Origin: Burkholderiales bacterium
GTDB lineage: Bacteria; Pseudomonadota; Gammaproteobacteria; Burkholderiales; SG8-41
Length of the DNA stretch: 64,000 nt
Direction of reading: 5' to 3'
NCBI GenBank assembly: GCA_038316355.1
Contig: JBBQAO010000008.1
Coordinates: 1,166 to 65,165 of the forward strand
Below the pieces are notes generated by a model. That model worked only from the letters and a program-made list of their open reading frames with translations. It ran no database searches and was not told the DNA's origin. Numbering within the stretch: the first letter of the stretch is position 1; every line of letters starts with the position of its first letter. The position numbers and the translations under genes are program-made. Shown here one piece after another: positions 35,448 through 47,235 of the stretch.

Positions 35448-36017
35448 ATGCTGCTGATGATCGATAATTACGATTCTTTCACCTACAACCTGGTGCAGTA
35501 TTTCGGTGAGCTTGGCGAAGAAGTTGTGGTGCACCGCAATGACGAAATCACGCTGGCAGACATCGCCCGGCTCCAGCCGGGGCGCATCGTGGTGTCGCCG
35601 GGGCCGTGCACGCCAAATGAGGCGGGCGTGTCGGTGCCGCTGATCAAGGAATTTGCCGGGAAAATTCCCATCCTCGGTGTCTGCCTCGGGCACCAGAGCA
35701 TCGGCCAGGCGTTCGGCGGGAAAATTGTTCATGCACGGCAGTTGATGCATGGCAAGACCTCGCCGATCCAGCATGAAGGCGCAGGGGTGTTTCGCGGGTT
35801 GCCGCGACCGTTTTCGGCGACGCGTTACCATTCGCTGGTGATCGAACGCAACAGCCTGCCCGATTGCCTGGCGGTGACGGCCTGGACGGATGACGGCGAG
35901 ATCATGGGGGTGCGCCACAAGACGCTGGCGGTCGAGGGTGTGCAGTTTCACCCGGAATCAATACTGACCGAGCATGGCCACCAGATGCTGAAGAACTTTC
36001 TTGAGGAAAAACGCTGA
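35448..36017 (+). CDS. trpG: anthranilate synthase component II (glutamine amidotransferase)
   Basis: [32 protein letters not shown]. Start at ATG 35448, 10 nt after the trpE stop. Confidence 0.95.
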   Translation: MLLMIDNYDSFTYNLVQYFGELGEEVVVHRNDEITLADIARLQPGRIVVSPGPCTPNEAGVSVPLIKEFAGKIPILGVCLGHQSIGQAFGGKIVHARQLMHGKTSPIQHEGAGVFRGLPRPFSATRYHSLVIERNSLPDCLAVTAWTDDGEIMGVRHKTLAVEGVQFHPESILTEHGHQMLKNFLEEKR

Positions 36018-37039
36018 TGAAGCCGCAGGAAGCGCTGACGCGCATCATTGAGCATCGCGAAATTTTTCACGACGAGATGCTGTCGCTGATGCGACAGATC
36101 ATGAGTGGCGAGGTGTCGCCAGTGCTGATTGCCGCAATCATATCCGGGCTGCGCGTCAAAAAGGAAACCATCGGCGAAATCGCTGCTGCAGCGACGGTGA
36201 TGCGCGAATTTGCCACCACGGTGCCGGTACCCGATGCGCTGGAAGTGATCGATACCTGCGGCACTGGTGGCGACTCGGCACATACCTTCAACGTGTCGAC
36301 AGCGGCGATGTTTGTCGCCGCAGCGGCCGGCGCAAAAATCGCCAAACATGGCGGTCGTTCGGTCTCCAGCAAATCCGGCAGCGCCGACGTATTGGAGCTT
36401 CTCGGTGTGAACATCAACCTGAAACCGGAAACGGTGGCGGAATCGATTGCCGCAACCGGCATCGGATTCATGTTCGCCCCCAACCACCACAGTGCAATGA
36501 AACATGCCGCGCCGGTGCGCCGCGAACTCGGTGTTAAAACCATATTCAACATTCTCGGACCGCTGACCAATCCGGCGGGTGCGAAACAACAGGTGATGGG
36601 CGTGTTTCATCCTGATCTGGTCGGCATCCAGGCGCGGGTGCTGCAGCGGCTGGGCAGCCGCCGCGTGATGATCGTGCACGGACTGGAAGGCCTCGACGAG
36701 CTGTCGATCAGCGGGCCGACGGCGGTGGGTGAGCTGAAAGACGGTCAGGTGCGCGAATACATGGTGACGCCGGCGGACGTCGGCCTGAAAAGCCATAACA
36801 ATGCGGCGATCCGTGTCGAAGGCGTCGAGCAGTCGCGCGACATGCTCTTGGGCGCGCTGGAGAACAAGCCGGGTGCAGCGCGCGACATTGTTGCGCTTAA
36901 TGCCGGAGCGAGTATTTATGTCGCCGGACTGGCGCCGACGCTGATCGAGGGTGTCAAAAAAGCACTGGCCGTACTCGACAGCGGTGCGGCGCGTAAAAAA
37001 CTCGACCAGTTCGTCGCGTTCGCCAAAAACCATGGCTGA
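36017..37039 (+). CDS. trpD: anthranilate phosphoribosyltransferase
   Basis: 340 aa. [35 protein letters not shown]. Confidence 0.96.
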   Translation: MKPQEALTRIIEHREIFHDEMLSLMRQIMSGEVSPVLIAAIISGLRVKKETIGEIAAAATVMREFATTVPVPDALEVIDTCGTGGDSAHTFNVSTAAMFVAAAAGAKIAKHGGRSVSSKSGSADVLELLGVNINLKPETVAESIAATGIGFMFAPNHHSAMKHAAPVRRELGVKTIFNILGPLTNPAGAKQQVMGVFHPDLVGIQARVLQRLGSRRVMIVHGLEGLDELSISGPTAVGELKDGQVREYMVTPADVGLKSHNNAAIRVEGVEQSRDMLLGALENKPGAARDIVALNAGASIYVAGLAPTLIEGVKKALAVLDSGAARKKLDQFVAFAKNHG

Positions 37040-37829
37040 TATCCTGCAACGCATACTCGCGGTTAAGGCGCAGGAAATCAGCGCAGCGCAGGCGCATGTG
37101 TCGCCGGCGCAGATGCAGGCGGCAGCACGGGCCGCAGCACCGGCGCGCGATTTTGCCGGAGCGCTGCGCGCAAAAATCGCTGCCGGCAAACCAGCGGTGA
37201 TTGCCGAAGTCAAAAAAGCCAGTCCGAGCAAGGGCGTGCTGCGCGAACAGTTTGATCCGGCAACGATAGCCGTAACCTACGAACGCCACGGCGCCGCCTG
37301 CCTGTCGGTGCTGACCGACAGCCAGTTTTTCCAGGGCAAGCTCGACGACCTGAAAGCTGCGCGCGGTGCCTGCCGGCTGCCGGTGCTGCGCAAGGATTTC
37401 ATGATGGATCCGTACCAGGTCTACGAGGCACGCGCCGCCGGCGCCGACTGCATCCTGCTGATCGTCGCTGCACTCGAGGCCGGGCGCATGTGCGAACTCG
37501 AAGCCACGGCCCACGAACTGGGCATGGCGGTGCTGGTGGAAGTACATGATGGCGCTGAGCTGGATGCGGCGCTGGTCCTCAAGACACCGCTGATCGGTGT
37601 CAACAACCGCAACCTGCGCACCTTCGAGACCACGCTGGAAACCACACTGGGCCTGCTGCAGAAAATTCCGGCGGAGCGGCTGGTGATCACCGAAAGCGGC
37701 ATCCTCAGGCCGCAGGATGTGGAAAAAATGCGTGCGCATGATGTGAATGGTTTCCTGGTCGGCGAGGCGTTCATGCGCGCTGCCGATCCGGGTGCCGAGC
37801 TGGAACGCCTGTTCGGCAGGGCGGCCTGA
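37032..37829 (+). CDS. trpC: indole-3-glycerol phosphate synthase
   Basis: Start at ATG 37032 ([12 protein letters not shown]). [27 protein letters not shown]. Confidence 0.95.
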   Translation: MADILQRILAVKAQEISAAQAHVSPAQMQAAARAAAPARDFAGALRAKIAAGKPAVIAEVKKASPSKGVLREQFDPATIAVTYERHGAACLSVLTDSQFFQGKLDDLKAARGACRLPVLRKDFMMDPYQVYEARAAGADCILLIVAALEAGRMCELEATAHELGMAVLVEVHDGAELDAALVLKTPLIGVNNRNLRTFETTLETTLGLLQKIPAERLVITESGILRPQDVEKMRAHDVNGFLVGEAFMRAADPGAELERLFGRAA

Positions 37830-37831
37830 GC

Positions 37832-38458
37832 ATGCTGCGCATCGACGAACTGATCATCGGTTTTGACAAGGGGCTGCGCACGCTGTTTGCGCCGGCGCGC
37901 AGCACGCGCCCGATTCCCGGGGACACCCTGCCGGATGGCGACATGGATACCGCACAGCGCGCGCTGGCAGCGGCGCTGATGCGCGTCAATCACAGCGGCG
38001 AAATCTGCGCCCAGGCCTTGTACCAGGGCCAGGCGCTGACCGCACGCGACTCAACGGCGCGTGCCGCGCTGGAAGCGGCGGCGCAGGAAGAAACCGAACA
38101 TCTGGCATGGACCGAGCGGCGCATTGCCGAATTGGGTGGCCGCAAAAGCCTGTTCAATCCGCTGTGGTACGCCGGATCGTTTGCGATCGGCGCGGCTGCG
38201 GGCGCCCTGGGCGACAAATGGAATCTCGGATTCCTTGCCGAAACCGAACGGCAGGTCGAGCGCCATCTTGAAGGCCATCTCGCGCGCCTGCCGGAGACGG
38301 ACCGCAAAAGCCGTGCGATCGTGGAGCAGATGTGCGCAGATGAAGCGCGCCATGCCCGTACTGCGCGCCAGCATGGCGGCGCGGAACTGCCGGCGCCGGT
38401 CAAGGCGGCGATGCAAGCTTCGTCAAAGGTGATGACCGGAGCCGCGTTCCTGCTGTAA
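37832..38458 (+). CDS. coq7: 2-nonaprenyl-3-methyl-6-methoxy-1,4-benzoquinol hydroxylase (bacterial Coq7)
   Basis: 208 aa. Di-iron carboxylate motifs [39 protein letters not shown]. Confidence 0.9.
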   Translation: MLRIDELIIGFDKGLRTLFAPARSTRPIPGDTLPDGDMDTAQRALAAALMRVNHSGEICAQALYQGQALTARDSTARAALEAAAQEETEHLAWTERRIAELGGRKSLFNPLWYAGSFAIGAAAGALGDKWNLGFLAETERQVERHLEGHLARLPETDRKSRAIVEQMCADEARHARTARQHGGAELPAPVKAAMQASSKVMTGAAFLL

Positions 38459-38478
38459 CGCGGTGCTTAAATTTAAAC

Positions 38479-38901
38479 TTAAGCTTCCGCTTCGCGGATC
38501 TCGAAGTCGTGGGTAATCGCTGCGGTTTTGCCCAGCATGATCGATGCCGAACAATATTTTTCCGCCGACAGATGTACTGCGCGCCCGACCTGGGCCGCCT
38601 TCAGGCCGCGGCCGGTGATGATGAAGTGGAAGTGGATTTTGGTGAACACCTTGGGATCTTCGGCGGCGCGTTCGGAGTCGATTTCCAGCACGCAATCGGT
38701 GACTGGCGCGCGCGATTTGCGCAGGATGTGCATCACGTCATAGGCGGTGCAGCCGCCGGTGCCCATCAGCACCACTTCCATCGGCCGCGGCCCCAGATCG
38801 CGACCGCCGCCTTCCGGCGCGCCGTCAATCACCAGCGCATGGCCGCTGCCCGACTCGGCGACAAAACTGACGTTCTCGATCCACTTGATGCGTGCTTTCA
38901 T
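38479..38901 (-). CDS. OsmC-family peroxiredoxin-like protein
   Basis: About 140 aa from ATG 38901. OsmC fold pattern with GTGGCTAYDV and LSAEKYCSAS (two conserved Cys). Confidence 0.8.
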   Translation of the reverse strand: MKARIKWIENVSFVAESGSGHALVIDGAPEGGGRDLGPRPMEVVLMGTGGCTAYDVMHILRKSRAPVTDCVLEIDSERAAEDPKVFTKIHFHFIITGRGLKAAQVGRAVHLSAEKYCSASIMLGKTAAITHDFEIREAEA

Positions 38902-38915
38902 GCCGGCCCCCGCGA

Positions 38916-39677
38916 TCAACCCGGTAAAATGAGGCGCAAACGATACCAGACTATGCCGATGATTTCGTGGAAAAACAGCGCGCTGTCGCGCAGTGCCAGC
39001 GCACTTGGCAGAAAATCAAGTATCGTCGTCCGGTAACGCGTGGTGTAGCCCGTTGCCGCCGGCACGACCTGAAATCCGGCGGCCTCGAAAACGAGCTGTG
39101 CGCGCGGCATGTGCCAGGCGTGGGTGACGAGGTGGATGCTGCGAATGTTCTCGGCGGCCAGCATGCGGTAACTCAGGCGGGCGTTTTCCAGTGTATTGGC
39201 GGAGCCGCCCTCGACCCAGCGTACCGGTACGGAAAATTCCTGCTGCAGCGTGCTTTGCATCAGTTCCGCCTCGGTCTGCGGGCTGCCCTCGGGGCTGCCG
39301 CCGCTGACGAGCATGGGCAGTCCGGTCCGGCGCTGCAGATGGGCGGCGTAACGCAGCCGCACCAGCGTGGCTCCGCGCACAGTGTTGCCGCCGTACTCCG
39401 GCGCGGCGTGAGACTTGCCGCCGCCCAGCACGACAATCGCAGCCACAGCAGCGCCGTCGTTCGTGGCGGGTGACCGGTCTTGCAGGGTGGAGAGCAGTGC
39501 GTCTGCAGCCAGCGGCATCGACAACACATACAGCGCGACCAGACCGCCGGCGAGCAGGCCCTTACCGAGGCGGGGTTGCGTCCGCCGCAACGCCAGACCC
39601 CCCGCCATGAGCAGAATCAGGACGCCCGGGGGCAGCAGCAGCGCAAGCAGTGTATTAGTCAGTTGCCATGACAGCAT
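38916..39677 (-). CDS. YdcF/ElyC-family (DUF218) membrane-associated protein
   Basis: 253 aa. N-terminal TM helices and a DUF218-like core (IVVLGGG, LVTHAWHMPRA). Confidence 0.75.
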   Translation of the reverse strand: MLSWQLTNTLLALLLPPGVLILLMAGGLALRRTQPRLGKGLLAGGLVALYVLSMPLAADALLSTLQDRSPATNDGAAVAAIVVLGGGKSHAAPEYGGNTVRGATLVRLRYAAHLQRRTGLPMLVSGGSPEGSPQTEAELMQSTLQQEFSVPVRWVEGGSANTLENARLSYRMLAAENIRSIHLVTHAWHMPRAQLVFEAAGFQVVPAATGYTTRYRTTILDFLPSALALRDSALFFHEIIGIVWYRLRLILPG

Positions 39678-39755
39678 GACATTAAACCATTGTTTTTAAA
39701 CAATTATTTGCCTTGGAGCAGTGGTACTGTCCCGTATCCGGGAGGTGCTAGAAGT

Positions 39756-39785
39756 TTGACACATCCGCTTGATTTCCCATAGAAT
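39756..39785 (+). promoter_or_regulatory. sigma-70-type promoter candidate for rplM-rpsI
   Basis: TTGACA (39756-39761), N18, TAGAAT (39780-39785), about 40 nt upstream of the rplM ATG. Confidence 0.5.
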
Positions 39786-39825
39786 TCGCGGTTTCCCCGA
39801 ATCACGAGAACGCGCTGGAACAAGC

Positions 39826-40254
39826 ATGAAAACCTATTCCGCTAAACCGCACGAAATCAAACGCGACTGGTACGTAGTCGACGCCTCCGACAAAGTACTG
39901 GGTCGGCTCGCCGCGGGAATCGCACATCGCCTGCGTGGTAAACACAAGCCCGAGTTCACCCGCCACATCGACACCGGTGATTTTATCGTCGTCGTCAACG
40001 TCGACAAGCTGCGCGTGACCGGCAACAAGGCCAAGGACAAGCTCTACAACCGCCACAGCGGTTATCCCGGCGGCCTGTACACCACCAGCTTTGAAAAAAT
40101 GCAGGAAAAATTTCCGGCGCGCGTGCTGGAAAAAGCGGTTAAGGGCATGCTGCCCAAGGGACCGCTCGGCTACGCGATGCTGAAAAAGATGAAAGCCTAT
40201 GTGGGTACCGATCACCCGCATACCGCGCAACAGCCCAAGACTCTCGAAATCTAG
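39826..40254 (+). CDS. rplM: 50S ribosomal protein L13
   Basis: 142 aa from ATG 39826. [20 protein letters not shown]. Confidence 0.97.
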   Translation: MKTYSAKPHEIKRDWYVVDASDKVLGRLAAGIAHRLRGKHKPEFTRHIDTGDFIVVVNVDKLRVTGNKAKDKLYNRHSGYPGGLYTTSFEKMQEKFPARVLEKAVKGMLPKGPLGYAMLKKMKAYVGTDHPHTAQQPKTLEI

Positions 40255-40265
40255 GATCACAGACC

Positions 40266-40658
40266 ATGGCAGTTCAAAAGAATTACGGTACCGGCCGGCG
40301 CAAAAGCGCAGTGGCCCGCGTTTACCTGCAGCCCGGCAAGGGCAGCATTGTCGTCAACGGCAAACCGGTGGACGAGTTTTTCTCGCGTGAAACCGGCCGC
40401 ATGGTCGTGCGCCAACCGCTGGTGCTGATCGAGAAGCTGGATAGCTTCGACATCAAGGTCAACGTGACCGGCGGTGGTGAATCCGGGCAGGCCGGCGCGG
40501 TGCGCCACGGTATCACCCGCGCCTTGATCGATTACGACGCCGCACTGAAGCCGGTGCTGCGCAAGGCGGGTCTTGTCACGCGCGATGCACGCGAAGTCGA
40601 GCGCAAGAAAGTCGGTTTGCGCAAGGCGCGGCGGCGCAAGCAGTTCTCCAAGCGGTAA
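40266..40658 (+). CDS. rpsI: 30S ribosomal protein S9
   Basis: 130 aa. [12 protein letters not shown] and a C-terminal RRRKQFSKR. Confidence 0.97.
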   Translation: MAVQKNYGTGRRKSAVARVYLQPGKGSIVVNGKPVDEFFSRETGRMVVRQPLVLIEKLDSFDIKVNVTGGGESGQAGAVRHGITRALIDYDAALKPVLRKAGLVTRDAREVERKKVGLRKARRRKQFSKR

Positions 40659-40684
40659 CGCAGTTTTTGGCAGAACAGTGTTCG

Positions 40685-40712
40685 GACAAGGCCGCCCAAG
40701 GGCGGCCTTGTC
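40685..40712 (+). terminator. hairpin after rpsI
   Basis: GACAAGGCCGCC-CAAG-GGCGGCCTTGTC, a perfect 12-bp stem. No clear U-tract follows (GTCTCTGG). Confidence 0.45.
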
Positions 40713-40772
40713 GTCTCTGGCGCAAGTGTCGTTATAAGCCGACAAACCGGCGGGCAGGGAAGGCAGCAAGAC

Positions 40773-41822
40773 ATGACTCAGAAGACCATCAAGGTGGGGA
40801 TCGTCGGCGGCACCGGCTATACCGGGGTCGAATTGCTGCGTCTGCTGGCCCAGCATCCGCACTCGGAATTGCGCGCGATCACTTCACGCAAGGAAGCCGG
40901 CATGCCGGTCGCCGAGATGTTTCCGAATCTGCGCGGCCGGGTCAGCCTGCGTTTCAGCGAACCTGCAGCATCAGGCCTTGACCAATGTGACGTGGTGTTT
41001 TTTGCGACGCCCAATGGTGTCGCGATGCAGGAAGCGCGCGCGCTGGTCGATGCCGGCGTGAGGGTCATCGACCTGGCTGCGGATTTCCGCATCCGCGATG
41101 TCGCGGTCTGGGAACAGTATTACAAAATGAAGCATGCCTGCCCGGAGCTGGTGGCCGAGGCGGTGTATGCCTTGCCCGAGGTCAATCGCACGGAGATCGA
41201 AAAAGCCCGGGTGATCGCCAACCCGGGGTGTTACCCGACTGCAGTGCAGCTGGGATTCCTGCCGTTGATTGAAGCCGGCTGCGTGGATGCCGGGCACCTG
41301 ATTGCCGATGCCAAGTCCGGCGTGTCCGGAGCCGGTCGCAAGGCCGAGACGCATATCCTGCATGCCGAAGCCGCTGATAACTTCAAGGCCTACGGCGTGG
41401 GCAGCCATCGCCACCAGCCGGAAATCGCGCAGGGACTGGCGCGGGCCGCCGGCCAGCCGGTCGGCCTGGTGTTTGTGCCGCACCTGACGCCGATGATCCG
41501 TGGCATCCATGCCACCTTGTATGCGCGACTGACCAAATCGATAACAGCCGCCGATCTGCAGGCTTTGTATGAAAAACGTTATGCCGGTGAAGCTTTTGTT
41601 GACGTCATGCCTGCGGGCAGCCATCCCGAAACGCGTTCGGTGCGTGGCGCGAACCATTGCCGCATTGCCGTGCACCTGCCGCAGGGCGGAGATACCGTCG
41701 TCGTGCTGTCGGTGATCGACAATCTGGTCAAGGGCGCCGCCGGCCAGGCCGTGCAGAACATGAACATCCTGTTCGGGCTGGCCGAAGATACCGGCCTGAC
41801 CCAGGTGGCGCTGCTGCCCTGA
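40773..41822 (+). CDS. argC: N-acetyl-gamma-glutamyl-phosphate reductase
   Basis: 349 aa. [18 protein letters not shown] and the catalytic NPGCYPTA. Confidence 0.96.
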   Translation: MTQKTIKVGIVGGTGYTGVELLRLLAQHPHSELRAITSRKEAGMPVAEMFPNLRGRVSLRFSEPAASGLDQCDVVFFATPNGVAMQEARALVDAGVRVIDLAADFRIRDVAVWEQYYKMKHACPELVAEAVYALPEVNRTEIEKARVIANPGCYPTAVQLGFLPLIEAGCVDAGHLIADAKSGVSGAGRKAETHILHAEAADNFKAYGVGSHRHQPEIAQGLARAAGQPVGLVFVPHLTPMIRGIHATLYARLTKSITAADLQALYEKRYAGEAFVDVMPAGSHPETRSVRGANHCRIAVHLPQGGDTVVVLSVIDNLVKGAAGQAVQNMNILFGLAEDTGLTQVALLP

Positions 41823-41826
41823 TGGC

Positions 41827-42576
41827 ATGAGGCGCGCGCTCAAAACATTCGTGCGTCGTTTCGGTATCGACGCACCGCGTCTCGCGGTGCGTCTGCACAT
41901 GCCATGGTACTGGCGCTGGAGTGGCGTGATTGCAGGAGGATTGCTGGTTGCCGGTGTGGCCTGGTTTACCTACGACTTCGGCCTCGAGTATGCCGGGTTC
42001 CGCCAGGGAGAGGCGGCGCGCCTGCGCGCCCAACTCGACGAAACCGTGCGCCAGCAGCAGGTCGAACTTGCTGAGCTGAATGCCAAAACCGCGTCGGCGG
42101 AGCGCCAGTTGCAGATCGAGCGCGCGACCTATGGCGATCTGGCGCGGCAGGTCAAATCGCTGGCCCAGGAAAATGCCACGCTGAAGGAAGACCTCGCGTT
42201 TTTCCAGTCGCTGACCGCTGCCACCGGCAAAGAGGGTGCCGTCAGCGTCAACCGTTTCCGTCTGATGCCGGAGACGGTTCCGGGCGAGTATCGTTACCAG
42301 CTGCTGCTGGTGCAGACGGGGGAAAGGGCCAAGGAGTTTAATGGCCGATTGCAGTTCGTGTTGAATCTGCAGCAGGATGGCCGTAAAGTGGTTCTGATGC
42401 TGCCGTCCGATTTGAAGGGGGTGGCCAAGGAGTACCAGGTCAGTTTCAAGCTGTTTCAGCGCGTTGAAGGCATGTTCCGGATTTCGCCTGATGCGGTGGT
42501 AAAAGGTCTGCAGGTGCGCGTGTTTGAAGGCAATTCCGAAGCGCCGAAGCTGACCCACAATGTCACGATTTCATAG
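41827..42576 (+). CDS. membrane-anchored coiled-coil protein (conserved hypothetical, upstream partner of bactofilin)
   Basis: 249 aa. One TM helix (WSGVIAGGLLVAGVAWF), then a heptad-like coiled-coil (RAQLDETVRQQQVELAELNAKTASAERQLQIERATYGDLARQVKSLAQENATLKEDL). Confidence 0.65.
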   Translation: MRRALKTFVRRFGIDAPRLAVRLHMPWYWRWSGVIAGGLLVAGVAWFTYDFGLEYAGFRQGEAARLRAQLDETVRQQQVELAELNAKTASAERQLQIERATYGDLARQVKSLAQENATLKEDLAFFQSLTAATGKEGAVSVNRFRLMPETVPGEYRYQLLLVQTGERAKEFNGRLQFVLNLQQDGRKVVLMLPSDLKGVAKEYQVSFKLFQRVEGMFRISPDAVVKGLQVRVFEGNSEAPKLTHNVTIS

Positions 42577-42589
42577 TGGAGACGTCATC

Positions 42590-42997
42590 ATGTTCGGCAA
42601 TAAACCCAGCAAACCCCAGAACCGAATCGATTGCCTGATCGGCGCAGGTACCGTGATCAAGGGCGATCTGACCTTCGACGGCGGGTTGCGCGTCGATGGC
42701 CATGTGCATGGCAATGTGGTTTCGATTGAAGGCAAACAGGGCACGCTGGTGTTGTCGGAAGCCGCCCGCATCGAAGGCGAAATCCGCGTCTCCCATGTGG
42801 TTATCAACGGCACGGTAGTCGGTCCGGTACATGCTGCCGATTACGTCGAACTGCAGAGCAAAGCGAATGTCACAGGGGATGTGTATTACCGGACCCTGGA
42901 AATGCAGCTGGGCGCCGTGGTACAGGGCCGGCTGGTATATCAGGATGACGTCAAAGCCGACAAAGTCGTCAAATTCAAGCCTGCTGCGGTGGAATAA
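42590..42997 (+). CDS. bactofilin-family polymer-forming protein
   Basis: Start at ATG 42590 after GGAG. Beta-helical repeats (IGAGTVIKGDLTFDGGLRVDGHVHGNV...IEGEIRVSHVVINGTVVGPV). Confidence 0.85.
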   Translation: MFGNKPSKPQNRIDCLIGAGTVIKGDLTFDGGLRVDGHVHGNVVSIEGKQGTLVLSEAARIEGEIRVSHVVINGTVVGPVHAADYVELQSKANVTGDVYYRTLEMQLGAVVQGRLVYQDDVKADKVVKFKPAAVE

Positions 42998-43062
42998 GCG
43001 CTTTCAGGGGCGGGGGGATATAATGGACCCCTGCAGTCCAGTGGAAATCAGGAGCAAATGCC

Positions 43063-43416
43063 ATGAATGCTGTTGTCGAAATGATGCCGGAACCGATGCT
43101 GTTCACCGAGAACGCCGCAGCCAAAGTGCGGCAGTTGATCGAAGAGGAAGGCAACCCCGGGCTCAAGCTGCGGGTGTTTGTCACCGGTGGCGGCTGTTCC
43201 GGCTTCCAGTACGGATTCACCTTCGATGAAGCAGTGAACGAAGATGACACGTCGCTGCAAAAAGGCGGCGTCACGCTGCTGGTCGATCCGATGAGCCTGC
43301 AATACCTGACTGGCGCGGAAATCGACTATCAGGAAAATGTTGAGGGCGCGCAGTTCGTGATCAAGAATCCGAACGCCAGTTCCACCTGCGGCTGCGGTTC
43401 GTCGTTCTCGGCATAA
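43063..43416 (+). CDS. erpA: iron-sulfur cluster insertion protein ErpA
   Basis: 117 aa. A-type carrier with [11 protein letters not shown] and a C-terminal CGCGSSF. Confidence 0.95.
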   Translation: MNAVVEMMPEPMLFTENAAAKVRQLIEEEGNPGLKLRVFVTGGGCSGFQYGFTFDEAVNEDDTSLQKGGVTLLVDPMSLQYLTGAEIDYQENVEGAQFVIKNPNASSTCGCGSSFSA

Positions 43417-43440
43417 ACCTGAACTTCAGGCGGTAAATCA

Positions 43441-43470
43441 AACGGGGGCTGATGCCCCCGTTTTGTTTTT
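43441..43470 (+). terminator. rho-independent terminator after erpA
   Basis: AACGGGGG-CTGATG-CCCCCGTT followed by TTGTTTTT. Confidence 0.8.
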
Positions 43471-43503
43471 CAGCAATAAATCATTGCAATGCGCAATGAC
43501 CGG

Positions 43504-44592
43504 TCAGGCCGGGTAAATCGCCCCCAGCACGCGCAGGCCCCGCGCTCCTGTGACCTGGGGCAGATTGCCAGGCTTCCCGTCCACGGCACGTTGTGCCAGC
43601 CATGCAAACGCCGCAGCTTCAACGGATTCGGCGGCGATGCCCAGTTCGTCGGTGACGGCAAGGCGTTTCCCCGGCAGCAGCGCGGCAAGACGTGCGCGCA
43701 GCGTGTTGTTGCGGGCACCGCCGCCACACAGATAAACCTCGCGCGCATCTGCGCAATGCGCAAGCAGCGCGCGGGCGATGGTCGTTGCCGTCAGGTCACA
43801 CAGCGTGGCCTGCACATCCACAGGACGTTCGTTGCCAGCCAGCGCGTTTTTTAGATTTTGTAAATTGAACAGGTCACGCCCGGTGCTTTTCGGCGGCGAG
43901 CGTTCGAAAAATTCATGCGCCAGCAGTCGTTCCAGCAACTCCGGCAGCGCTGAACCCCGTGCCGCCCAGGCGCCGCTGGCGTCATAGGCGACGCCCTGGT
44001 GCGCCATGATCCAGCCATCCATCAGTACGTTGCCGGGGCCGCAATCGAAGCCGATGACGTCGCCCTGCACCGGAAGACGGGTGATATTGGCAATGCCGCC
44101 GATATTGACCACCGCACGCGACAGTTGCGGATGTGCGAACACCGCACGATGAAAAGCCGGCACCAACGGGGCACCTTCGCCGCCAGCAGCAATGTCACGG
44201 CTGCGGAAATCGCAGACCACGCGGATGCCGGTGAGTTCGGCAAGCAGTGCGGCGTTGACCAGTTGTATGGTGTAGCCGGACTCCGGGCGATGGCGCACGG
44301 TCTGGCCGTGGCAGCCGATGGCAGTGATTTGATCGACCGTTGTGTGCGTCTGTGTCAGCAGCGTACGCACCACCGCGGCATAACCCAGAGCCAGTGCGTT
44401 TGCCGCCAGCGCGGCGCGATGCAGTTCATCGGGGCCCGGCTCGTTCAGCGCGAGCAGGCCTGTGCGTAATTGCGGCGAAAACGGCTGGTGGCTGTGGTGC
44501 AGCAGCGCGGGCGCGCCGTTGAGATCAATCAGCACGGCGTCGATGCCGTCCATGCTGGTGCCGGACATCAACCCGATATACAGACCGGGCAT
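43504..44592 (-). CDS. anmK: anhydro-N-acetylmuramic acid kinase
   Basis: 362 aa. YIGLMSGTSMDGIDAVL, plus NIGGIANI. Confidence 0.92.
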   Translation of the reverse strand: MPGLYIGLMSGTSMDGIDAVLIDLNGAPALLHHSHQPFSPQLRTGLLALNEPGPDELHRAALAANALALGYAAVVRTLLTQTHTTVDQITAIGCHGQTVRHRPESGYTIQLVNAALLAELTGIRVVCDFRSRDIAAGGEGAPLVPAFHRAVFAHPQLSRAVVNIGGIANITRLPVQGDVIGFDCGPGNVLMDGWIMAHQGVAYDASGAWAARGSALPELLERLLAHEFFERSPPKSTGRDLFNLQNLKNALAGNERPVDVQATLCDLTATTIARALLAHCADAREVYLCGGGARNNTLRARLAALLPGKRLAVTDELGIAAESVEAAAFAWLAQRAVDGKPGNLPQVTGARGLRVLGAIYPA

Positions 44593-44604
44593 CGCGGCTG
44601 TGCT

Positions 44605-45921
44605 TTAGCGGGCGGCCGGGATTTGCCGCAGTAACGCGAGGCGTTCGCCCATCGGACGCGTAACTTCGTCGAACGCGTTGCGGTACTGCGGTGCCAGCGG
44701 CGGCGCCGGCGGCATCGCGACGCGCAACGGATCCTGGTGGGCATTGTTGATGCGGAATTCGTAATGCAGATGGGGTCCGGTGGCGAGCCCGGTGCTGCCG
44801 ACATAACCGATGATGTCGCCCTGGCTCACACGTTTGCCGCGTTGCATGCCCGGCGCGAAACCCGACAGGTGGCCGTACCAGGTGGTGAATTTTGATTGAT
44901 GCCGCAATACCACCAGGTTGCCGTAACCGCCCTGGCGTCCGGCGAATTCAACGATGCCGCCGCTGGTGGCTTTGACCCGTGTGCCGGTGGGTGCCGCGTA
45001 ATCGACACCGGTATGCGCGCGCCAGGTTTTCAGCACCGGATGGAAGCGCGCTCGCGTGAAGCCCGAACTGATGCGCGAGAATTCCAGCGGCGAACGGAGG
45101 AAGGCCTTGCGGATGTTTTTGCCGTCCAGAGTGTAATAACCGCCCTCGCCTTCGGGGTTCTGGAACCATACGGCATGGAAGGTTTTGCCCTGATTGGTGA
45201 ATTCCGCCGCCAGCAGGCGGTTGGTTTTCACCGGCTCACCCTGGTGATACTGCACTTCGTAAATGGCGGAGAAACGGTCGCCGCGGCGCAGGTCGCGATG
45301 GAAATCGATGTCGGTGGAGAAGATGTCAGCGATCTGCACGGCGACCGCGTCGGACATGCCGGCAGCGTCGGTTGCGGCAAACAGCGAGGACACGATTTCG
45401 CCGGAGCGCATGTGGATCTGGGTCTCGACCTCGGCGGGGCCTTCCCAGACCTGCAGCACATCGTTGCCGGCCTGGTCGATTTTCAGCAATTGCGCGCCAT
45501 TCAGATAACGCAGCGCCAGCAGCCGGCCGTCGGCACTGGTCTGGGCACGCACCGTGCGGCCCGGGATCAGCCGGTACAGCGCACGTGCCTGGCGCGTATG
45601 TTGCAGCAGGAGTGCCGAACCCGCCTCGTCGATCTGCAGGCGCTGCAATATGGAGGCGATGGTGTCACCGCGCTCGATGCGCGTCTCGCGCCAGTAGGTT
45701 TCGCCCGAGGTGTCGGTCACGGGCAGCGCCGGCAGCACCAGCTCCTCGACCACATTCTCGCGCGCCACGGTGTCGGTCACGGTGTCGGGGGCAATGCCGA
45801 AAGCCGCCATCACGCCGACAAACGGCAGCACCAGCGCGAGCAGCACGCGACGTGCCGCGCTGCCGCGGAGCCAGTCTGAAAGTTTTTGCGCTAGAATCGC
45901 GAATCGCACGGACAATGACAA
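44605..45921 (-). CDS. M23-family murein endopeptidase (OapA/LysM-like N-domain)
   Basis: 438 aa. N-terminal TM helix. HTGVDYAAPTGTRV and GSTGLATGPHLHYEF (the HxxxD and HxH metal ligands of M23). Confidence 0.88.
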   Translation of the reverse strand: MSLSVRFAILAQKLSDWLRGSAARRVLLALVLPFVGVMAAFGIAPDTVTDTVARENVVEELVLPALPVTDTSGETYWRETRIERGDTIASILQRLQIDEAGSALLLQHTRQARALYRLIPGRTVRAQTSADGRLLALRYLNGAQLLKIDQAGNDVLQVWEGPAEVETQIHMRSGEIVSSLFAATDAAGMSDAVAVQIADIFSTDIDFHRDLRRGDRFSAIYEVQYHQGEPVKTNRLLAAEFTNQGKTFHAVWFQNPEGEGGYYTLDGKNIRKAFLRSPLEFSRISSGFTRARFHPVLKTWRAHTGVDYAAPTGTRVKATSGGIVEFAGRQGGYGNLVVLRHQSKFTTWYGHLSGFAPGMQRGKRVSQGDIIGYVGSTGLATGPHLHYEFRINNAHQDPLRVAMPPAPPLAPQYRNAFDEVTRPMGERLALLRQIPAAR

Positions 45922-46023
45922 AATGCGCTTCCCTTATGATTTGCAAGCATTTTTCAGCCCGCAGCTTAGCAGAATATCGATAGCGGGAAAACCCGTTTTT
46001 TGCACTCTGAAATACCACACTGA

Positions 46024-47235
46024 ATGACCAACAACGTGACCAGCATCGATCACCAGATCGAGATCATCCGCCGCGGTTGCAACGAACTGCTGCGCGAGCC
46101 GGAATTGCGTGAAAAACTCGCCGCTGGCCGGCCGTTGCGCATCAAGGCCGGTTTTGATCCGACGGCACCGGACCTGCATCTCGGCCATACCGTACTGATT
46201 AACAAGCTGCGCCAGTTCCAGGAACTCGGCCACGATGTGTTGTTCCTGATCGGCGATTTCACCGGCATGATCGGCGATCCGACCGGCAAAAATGCGACCC
46301 GCCCGCCGCTGACGCGCGAGGAAGTCACGCGCAACGCCAAGACCTATACCGAGCAGGTGTTTCGCATCCTCGACCGTGAACGCACCGAGGTGGTGTTCAA
46401 CTCGACGTGGATGGACCGCATGAGCGCGGTCGACATGATCAAACTGGCCGCTTCGCACACTGTCGCGCGCATGCTCGAGCGCGATGATTTCTCCAAGCGT
46501 TATCGCGGCAACCAGCCAATCGCCATTCACGAATTCCTCTACCCGCTGGTGCAGGGTTACGATTCGGTGGCGCTGCAGGCTGATGTCGAACTCGGCGGCA
46601 CCGACCAGAAATTTAACCTGCTGATGGGGCGTGAGCTGCAGAAACACCACGGCCAGGCGCCGCAGTGCATCCTGACCATGCCGCTGCTTGAGGGGCTGGA
46701 CGGCGTCAACAAGATGTCGAAATCGCTGGGTAATTACGTCGGCATCCAGGAAGCGCCCAACGAGATATTCGGCAAGCTGATGTCGGTGTCTGATGAACTG
46801 ATGTGGCGTTACCTCGAACTGCTGTCATTCGAGCCGCTGAAGACCATCCAGCAGTGGCGAGCGGAAGTTTCCGCCGGCCGCAATCCGCGTGACATCAAAG
46901 TGGCCCTGGCGCAGGAAATCGTCAATCGTTTCCACGGGGCTGATGCCGCGCGGAACGCGCTGGCCGATTTCGAGTCCCGCTTTAAACAGCATGAAATTCC
47001 CGATGACATTGCCGAAGTGCGACTTGAAGGCGAAGCGGACGGTCTGGCGATTGCCGCGGTGCTGAAGCAGGCGGGTCTGACACCGAGCACCTCGGATGCG
47101 CTGCGCATGCTGGCACAGGGCGGTGTCAAAATGGACGGTGCAAAAATCAGCGACAAGTCGCTGAAAATCGCGCGCGGTGCGAGCGTGGTGCTGCAGGTCG
47201 GCAAGCGTAAATTCGCCCGCGTCACCGTCAATTAA
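46024..47235 (+). CDS. tyrS: tyrosine--tRNA ligase (type 2)
   Basis: 403 aa. HIGH-type [13 protein letters not shown], and a C-terminal S4 domain. Confidence 0.96.
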   Translation: MTNNVTSIDHQIEIIRRGCNELLREPELREKLAAGRPLRIKAGFDPTAPDLHLGHTVLINKLRQFQELGHDVLFLIGDFTGMIGDPTGKNATRPPLTREEVTRNAKTYTEQVFRILDRERTEVVFNSTWMDRMSAVDMIKLAASHTVARMLERDDFSKRYRGNQPIAIHEFLYPLVQGYDSVALQADVELGGTDQKFNLLMGRELQKHHGQAPQCILTMPLLEGLDGVNKMSKSLGNYVGIQEAPNEIFGKLMSVSDELMWRYLELLSFEPLKTIQQWRAEVSAGRNPRDIKVALAQEIVNRFHGADAARNALADFESRFKQHEIPDDIAEVRLEGEADGLAIAAVLKQAGLTPSTSDALRMLAQGGVKMDGAKISDKSLKIARGASVVLQVGKRKFARVTVN